In this document: in pieces, positions 58,360 to 64,000 of the stretch
Position numbering within the stretch: the stretch's first letter is position 1
Layout of the letters: every line of letters starts with the position of its first letter
Source: Nemertoderma westbladi
Lineage: Eukaryota; Animalia; Xenacoelomorpha
Assembly: GCA_032718475.1 (NCBI GenBank)
Contig: JAUCBJ010007336.1
Coordinates: forward strand, 1-64,000
DNA: 64,000 nucleotides
Direction: 5' to 3'
Made by a program: the position numbers and the translations under genes
The notes under the pieces: model-generated
What the model was told of the DNA's origin: nothing
Database searches by the model: none
The model's input: the letters and a program-made list of their open reading frames with translations, nothing else

Positions 58360-60504
58360 ATGTCTGATACTAAGCAGAACCTGTCAGACAGTTTATTAGA
58401 TGTAACTATCTGCGACTCAGATAGAGACGTACCACTGTCTGGTCGTAAATCCAGTTCACCTCCCACTGTGAGGAAAGTCATCCCTCCAGTAGTAATAACA
58501 GAACCTAGGCTGGTCCAACATCGTAGGTCTATCATAGGCACCCAAGCTCAGGTCAAGCGGGACCAACAAGCGGCGGAACAGCAACAACCCGCTAGTCAAG
58601 AACTTATTCCTCAGCGGCCCAGCAGCTCCAGTAGTGAGGATACTGTAGAGCTGACACCCGAGAGCGGAGCAGAGATGACGGATGCAGTTTATACGGATCC
58701 CCTTCTCATCCTTCCTGCAGCCGTGCTCGCTGGGTTATTGATCGCGGTGGAAGAACACCAGATCGATTGGGCGAGAAGTCAACGGTCAACTAGAGATAGC
58801 TACGCGGGCTACACTAGTGAAGAACTGAAGTCTATTGTCGAGTCGCAATGGAACTTCCCCGGACCCGGACTCCCGTTTGATTTATCAGAAGCTGCCTGGG
58901 AAGACATACACCGGATGGGAGTAGCCAAGGAAACCATCGATCCAGCTGTGTGGAAGAGGTCCGCAGCCGGATACGCACAGGGATTCTTCAGCTCTATGGA
59001 GCGAATAGAAAAGCAACTTTTTCAACAACCTCAAGGACCTCAAGAGCAGGGATCACTGCTTTATCAAGTTAGAGAAAGAGTTCTGCGGATTAGGCTAATC
59101 TTATCCGCCTTTGAGGAGGCTTCTAAAAGAAAACAAGACACGTCGTTGCAAGTTGCCGTAAAGACTTGGTTTCAACGGGTGAGTCGCCAGGTTCAAGGAG
59201 CAGCTCAGTGGAAAGCTCAGTTGGAGGAGCGCTCAACCCATGGAGAATCAACAGACGCTACTTTTTCCCAAGTGGAAAGTGAAGCGACGGCAGAGAAACC
59301 GCATAAGAGGGATGCCATTGACATCTATCTGTCAGACTATCAGCGTTTCGTAGGTGATGAAGAGTTGCGGAGAAGACTAGATGGGCTTAGCCCTAATAGT
59401 GAAGGAGCCCAGCGTGTGTTGGATGCAATTGATGTGGATAGGTTAGCGGCGAACCAAACTAAATTCGATGAACAACTCCGCATCGCTAGAGACCAAGAAG
59501 AACAATTAAAGAAAAAACGTATAGAAGACAGAAAGATAGCAGCAGTGGCAGAGGCGGAAAGAAAAGCGACCTTGGCAGAAGCAGCGGCAGAGGCAAAAGC
59601 GGCAGCAGCAGAAGCAGAGGCAAAGGCAACAGCGGCAGCAGCAGAAGCAAAGGCAGAGGCAAAAGCGGCAGCGGCAGAGGTAAAAGCGGCAGCGGTGGCG
59701 GAAGCAGAACGGAGAGCATCTGAAGAGGCAACCCAACTAGAGTTGGAAAATCTTCAAGAGAGGCAAGACAACTTCAATAAACAGTTAACAGCTAGTAATA
59801 TGCAGATGATGAGTCGATCTACTCCCAAAAGACAGGGATATACATCATCGGAGGAAGGCGATACCACCGATACTGAAGGCAAAGGAAATAGATCTCGTCT
59901 AAGCAGACGTAAAAGAACATTCCACCGTCAGAAATTGCCTGATTTGCCTCCAGCTGTTAGAAGGCAACTAAATAACACCAACTTAGGTAGTACAGAGCCC
60001 ACAGACCAAATAATTAAAATAGAAAGACTCCCTACTATAGTAGATGAGCCTGAAATAAGTAGGCCTGTTCTTGAAATCACCCCTTCGGTGGTAGATACAC
60101 CTGTGCTCCCTGAAACTACTTCTAAATTCCCTCTGCATAGCACTAAGCTACCTGTGCCCCGTAGAACTGCCCAAGAGACAGTTCAGGTCCTGGACCCCGA
60201 GCGAAATATTCCAAATTTGTCGCCCGTTGTCCCTCGTCCGCCCGCTACAACGTTGGCGACTCCCGCTTCGGCGGTCGAATGGGTGGACGAGAGACGGCGG
60301 GGGATGGATATCCTGCTCGGACAGATGCAGGAGACTGTCCAGCAGTTCAAGGGCACAGTAAGGGAAAGTAGGCTAGAGTTGCAAGAAGTGCAGCAAAGTA
60401 TCGCGCTAGAACGCGATAAATTAGTAAATACTCAAAAAGGTATACCACCACCCTCTGTAACAATGTGTCAACCCGTTAGTATGAACGTATGTACTGAAGT
60501 ATGA
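58360..60504 (+). CDS. Gag N-terminal part, copy C (714 aa, ends at a TGA inside a short in-frame insertion)
   Basis: Homologous to gag of A and B. The micro-duplicated insert GTATGAAC/CTGAAGTA at ~60479-60513 introduces the stop; the same frame continues at 60514. Confidence 0.8.
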   Translation: MSDTKQNLSDSLLDVTICDSDRDVPLSGRKSSSPPTVRKVIPPVVITEPRLVQHRRSIIGTQAQVKRDQQAAEQQQPASQELIPQRPSSSSSEDTVELTPESGAEMTDAVYTDPLLILPAAVLAGLLIAVEEHQIDWARSQRSTRDSYAGYTSEELKSIVESQWNFPGPGLPFDLSEAAWEDIHRMGVAKETIDPAVWKRSAAGYAQGFFSSMERIEKQLFQQPQGPQEQGSLLYQVRERVLRIRLILSAFEEASKRKQDTSLQVAVKTWFQRVSRQVQGAAQWKAQLEERSTHGESTDATFSQVESEATAEKPHKRDAIDIYLSDYQRFVGDEELRRRLDGLSPNSEGAQRVLDAIDVDRLAANQTKFDEQLRIARDQEEQLKKKRIEDRKIAAVAEAERKATLAEAAAEAKAAAAEAEAKATAAAAEAKAEAKAAAAEVKAAAVAEAERRASEEATQLELENLQERQDNFNKQLTASNMQMMSRSTPKRQGYTSSEEGDTTDTEGKGNRSRLSRRKRTFHRQKLPDLPPAVRRQLNNTNLGSTEPTDQIIKIERLPTIVDEPEISRPVLEITPSVVDTPVLPETTSKFPLHSTKLPVPRRTAQETVQVLDPERNIPNLSPVVPRPPATTLATPASAVEWVDERRRGMDILLGQMQETVQQFKGTVRESRLELQEVQQSIALERDKLVNTQKGIPPPSVTMCQPVSMNVCTEV

Positions 60505-60513
60505 ACTGAAGTA

Positions 60514-63336
60514 TTGCATGCGCAAGGTGTGGAGCCTACACGCATATATACTGCTAGCGAAGTAGAAACTCCTATAGTGAACCCTATTAAGGGTAATTAT
60601 AGACCTGTTGATAATGATATTCCCTATAGAACTGATAATAATCCGAGAAATTTATATACCGATAACTCGATATTAAATAGCACGATGGCCCAAGAAAGTT
60701 TTACGCGTCAAATGGCTAGAACCGAAGCCCGGCAAGCGGTAAAGGTTGGAGAGATCGTCAAGTTCAATGGAGATGAGATGAAATGGTTACCTTTTAATGA
60801 ATATTACAAAGATAACATACAGAGCTCTGTACTATCTAATGGAGAAAAACCTAGATACCTCATCGAGTGCTTGGAAGGATCTCCCAGGTTAATGGCGTTA
60901 AGGTTTATTGGACATCCAGACGGATTAAGACAAGTTTGGGATACACTAAACATCAGGTATGGTAATAGGAATGACATAGCTGGGTATTTGTATGCAAAAT
61001 TAATGGCGCCCCGAAAGTTTCTTAGCAGCGGGATTATAGAGTTTTCCGATGAGATTCAGGAGATCTGTAGACAATTAGATTGGCTAGGTAAGTCTCATGA
61101 ATACCAGAATTCTATGGTTGTAAGAGCCTTAGCATCTGCTTTGCCCAAGGGTGGAGTAGGTACACGCTGGGATAAGAAGGTGTTATATATGATGGAACAA
61201 CAACGACGAGACCCTACCATGACTGATCTCATGTCATTCTTAGATAGAGAAGTGAAATTACAGCTCCTAAGGCAGTCCAGAGAGAAGACATTGGAAAACA
61301 AGGTAAGTGAGAAACCCGTTTCTAGGAGAAGGGTAACACCAGTATGTTATACCGACGACGGTGAAAGCCAAACCTCTCAAGGAGAGGACAGCGGGAAAGA
61401 CACTGACAGGCCTTATTATGTCAATAAAATGCCTAAAGAACAGGTAAGTAAATCCAAGTCTCGACCCAATGACAGAAGGGAACCGGTACAAAAAACCCCT
61501 CCTACGTCTCCTAAAGGAATTCAGGTGAGAAAGCCCGAGGAAAGAACAAGTGTGCACCACATAGCACAGGTTAAAGTAAGTAACATCAAACCAAAATGTG
61601 CGCTGTGTGACGGGACCCACTATTTGAATAGGTGTGATGAATTTCTAAAGAAATCATTAACGGAGAGACGCGAAGTTATGTGGGATAAGCGGTTGTGTTA
61701 TAATTGCCTCAGACGAGGACACCAACGGCGAACCTGTAACTCCGACGCAAGGTGTGCAAAGTGCGGCGCAAATCATCATATCTTGTTGCACACGGAATTC
61801 GAACGAAACAGCCCGAGTCAGGTAAGTGAGTCCGAACTACATGTCCAATTCAGTGATGTGAACGACACTGATCAATCTGAGATGGAAGGATTCTATACGG
61901 ACGAGTTCTCCGACCAAAACGAATCCTGTTACCTAATAAACACCACCGCAGTGTATCGAGCACTCATACATGAGAAAGACACAGACAGCGACCTTACCTT
62001 AACTACTTCCGATCAACAACCCTCTTGGAAAGCGCCAACTTCCAATATAGGAATCCGAGAGTTTCCTGTGGTGCAGGTAAGGGTGCACGGACCTAAACGG
62101 AGTTATGTAGTGAACGCCCTCCTGGACTCCGGCAGCACAGGAACATTCATCGATAAAGAGCTAGCCGAAGATATATTTGCTGGACAACCCAAGTTCCAAA
62201 CTAAGCTCAACATGTTAGGCATTATGCAAGTTTGGAAATCTACAATAACAGCTGATTATTATGTAGGCGCGTTGTCCACCCCACAAGACGAACTAGGAGA
62301 ACATAGCATAAGGTCAGTGAAAATGGTGGCTATTAAGAACTTCACTACTACTCAAGCAGACCTTTATAATTGGGACGAGGATGAGAGCATCCAACATCTT
62401 AACATACCTCGATTCCAAACTGATTACCCTGGAGTGCAAATACTCATCGGCCAAAACGCGCATGAGGCGCTGGAGACATTAGAGAAACGGCCTGCTCAAC
62501 CGCAGCCCCTACAGACCTATGCGGTAAGAACTAGAGTAGGTTGGTACCTTACTGGACCTTCCCGTAGAACGCTCAGGGAAAGACTGCTTCAAGATCGCGT
62601 CTGCCAAGTGAGTGAATGGGAAGACGATACTAGTGAGGGAGACGACCCAACTGAGGGAACACCACACTCCTCAGATAATGACAATCTTAGCTCCAATGTA
62701 GATCAATGGAGATATTGCCCCAAGAAGTTTAATCCAACGGACATCGCTTCCAGAGGAGCAACTCCTCAAGAACTGACAGATACTATAGACCGGTTAGGTG
62801 AACCCGACTTCCTGAGTAAGGAGAATGAATGGCCTCCCCATCTTACTCCGACTGAGATTAGACCAGCCAAGGGAGCGGAGAAAGTTAAACCTAAAACCCG
62901 GACGGGTGGAGCGGAGTTATTTGAACCCGGGATAGATCTGTCGGTATTGCATATTGCCAGGGATGACGCCATGGATCTGGACCTCCCCACCGCGAGTGGA
63001 TCCTTCATGAAGATCAGAGAGAGCGATTGGAGCTCTGGAACATCAGACGTCTCGCAGGGACTCTCACCTCTCCTGCAGAGAGCGACGGACCACTATAGCT
63101 CCTGGAATCGGCTTTGTGACGCCGTCATATACTTTGAGCGATGTTTCTATCGTCACTATTCCAGGACGAAGAGGAAACCTGGAATTGTATTCAGGATGCA
63201 GCGACTCAATCACCCAGTCGGTCGTTTGTGTTTATCGGAAGGGAATGGAGGACTCTCCGGAAACTGTGGAAGGCAAGATTCTCTTCCCACGACCACCTCC
63301 CTAATCCTTCAAACATCTAGGGACTCCATAACGTAA
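60514..63336 (+). pseudogene. Gag core + protease + Pol remnants, with RT/RNase H and integrase removed by in-frame deletions
   Basis: Zn knuckles and LLDSGS are present. SSDND joins DQWR at ~62685 and HYSRTK joins RKPGIVF at ~63170. Ends at the native pol stop. Confidence 0.88.
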
Positions 63337-64000
63337 CAACATATGGAGTGGGCGTGTGACTCTATTATTTTATATTATTTTATCATCTTTATATTTATGT
63401 ATGGATTACTATGTAATTTTATTATAATCGTTTTATTTAATTTAGTAGAATATTATTTAGCGATTATTTTGTAGAATAGTGCAATATATTCGTGTTTATT
63501 ACGTACATACTTACTTATATTATATTTAGTGCGACGGCGAAGAAATAATTATTTTTTCTCTTTCCTTACTGTCCGTATTATATTATAAATACGTAACTAC
63601 AGTAAGATGAAATGTCTGTACTTATTAAAGTACAATAAAGCCACTACTATATTTAAGTATTATTGGTAGGCAGAGTATTAGGAATGCAAAGTTCAGATCC
63701 TCGTGTCTCGGCTAAACCAAGCTCTGGGTAGACCTTGGAAACGACTTGCCTCTTCACACTGACATTGCTTCGTGCGATATTGCTCTCATACCGTATATTA
63801 AATAATACATATAGTAGCGTGATGTCCCTTTAACAGTAGCGTATAACGCAAAATAAATCTGTTAAACCCTTTGACCATCTGTAATTCTAGTCGATTAAGA
63901 TATCGCGGCACCCACCGATATACTTGAAAGACAAATTCTAGAATCAGTGGTTAACGTCCCCAGACAAGTTCTGGAATAAATCGGTGCCCATCTCAAATAT

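Larger units (their letters stand above)
54893..64000 (+). mobile_element. BEL/Pao LTR retrotransposon, copy C (internally deleted, runs off the window end)
   Basis: Starts TGTAAAAGCCTTTGC (diverged LTR) and is colinear with A and B through the leader, gag, protease and the post-pol spacer. Confidence 0.93.

Overview
This is AT-rich eukaryotic (metazoan-like) genomic DNA; the host cannot be named from sequence alone. About 60% of the window is three copies of one very large BEL/Pao LTR-retrotransposon family: copy A 1-15338 (-), copy B ~21125-35731 (-) and copy C 54893-end (+). Each copy is defective in a different way. The family has an unusually long Gag, a multi-kb structured 5' leader, and a 3-4 kb region between pol and the 3' LTR (where env would sit) that carries non-env accessory ORFs. 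A and B share the start and end of this accessory region but have unrelated middles; A's middle encodes a triple Zn-knuckle protein. Also present are an apparently intact THAP-domain P-superfamily DNA transposon (43-bp TIRs, 7-bp TSD), host genes (intronless LMAN1/ERGIC-53, a two-exon CCDC150-like gene, a frameshifted WD40 gene), a DDX1 5' pseudogene bracketed by inverted repeats, tRNA-derived SINE copies, a MITE-like element and two CCGGTA-containing satellites. All comparisons were made by eye; approximate boundaries are marked as such.
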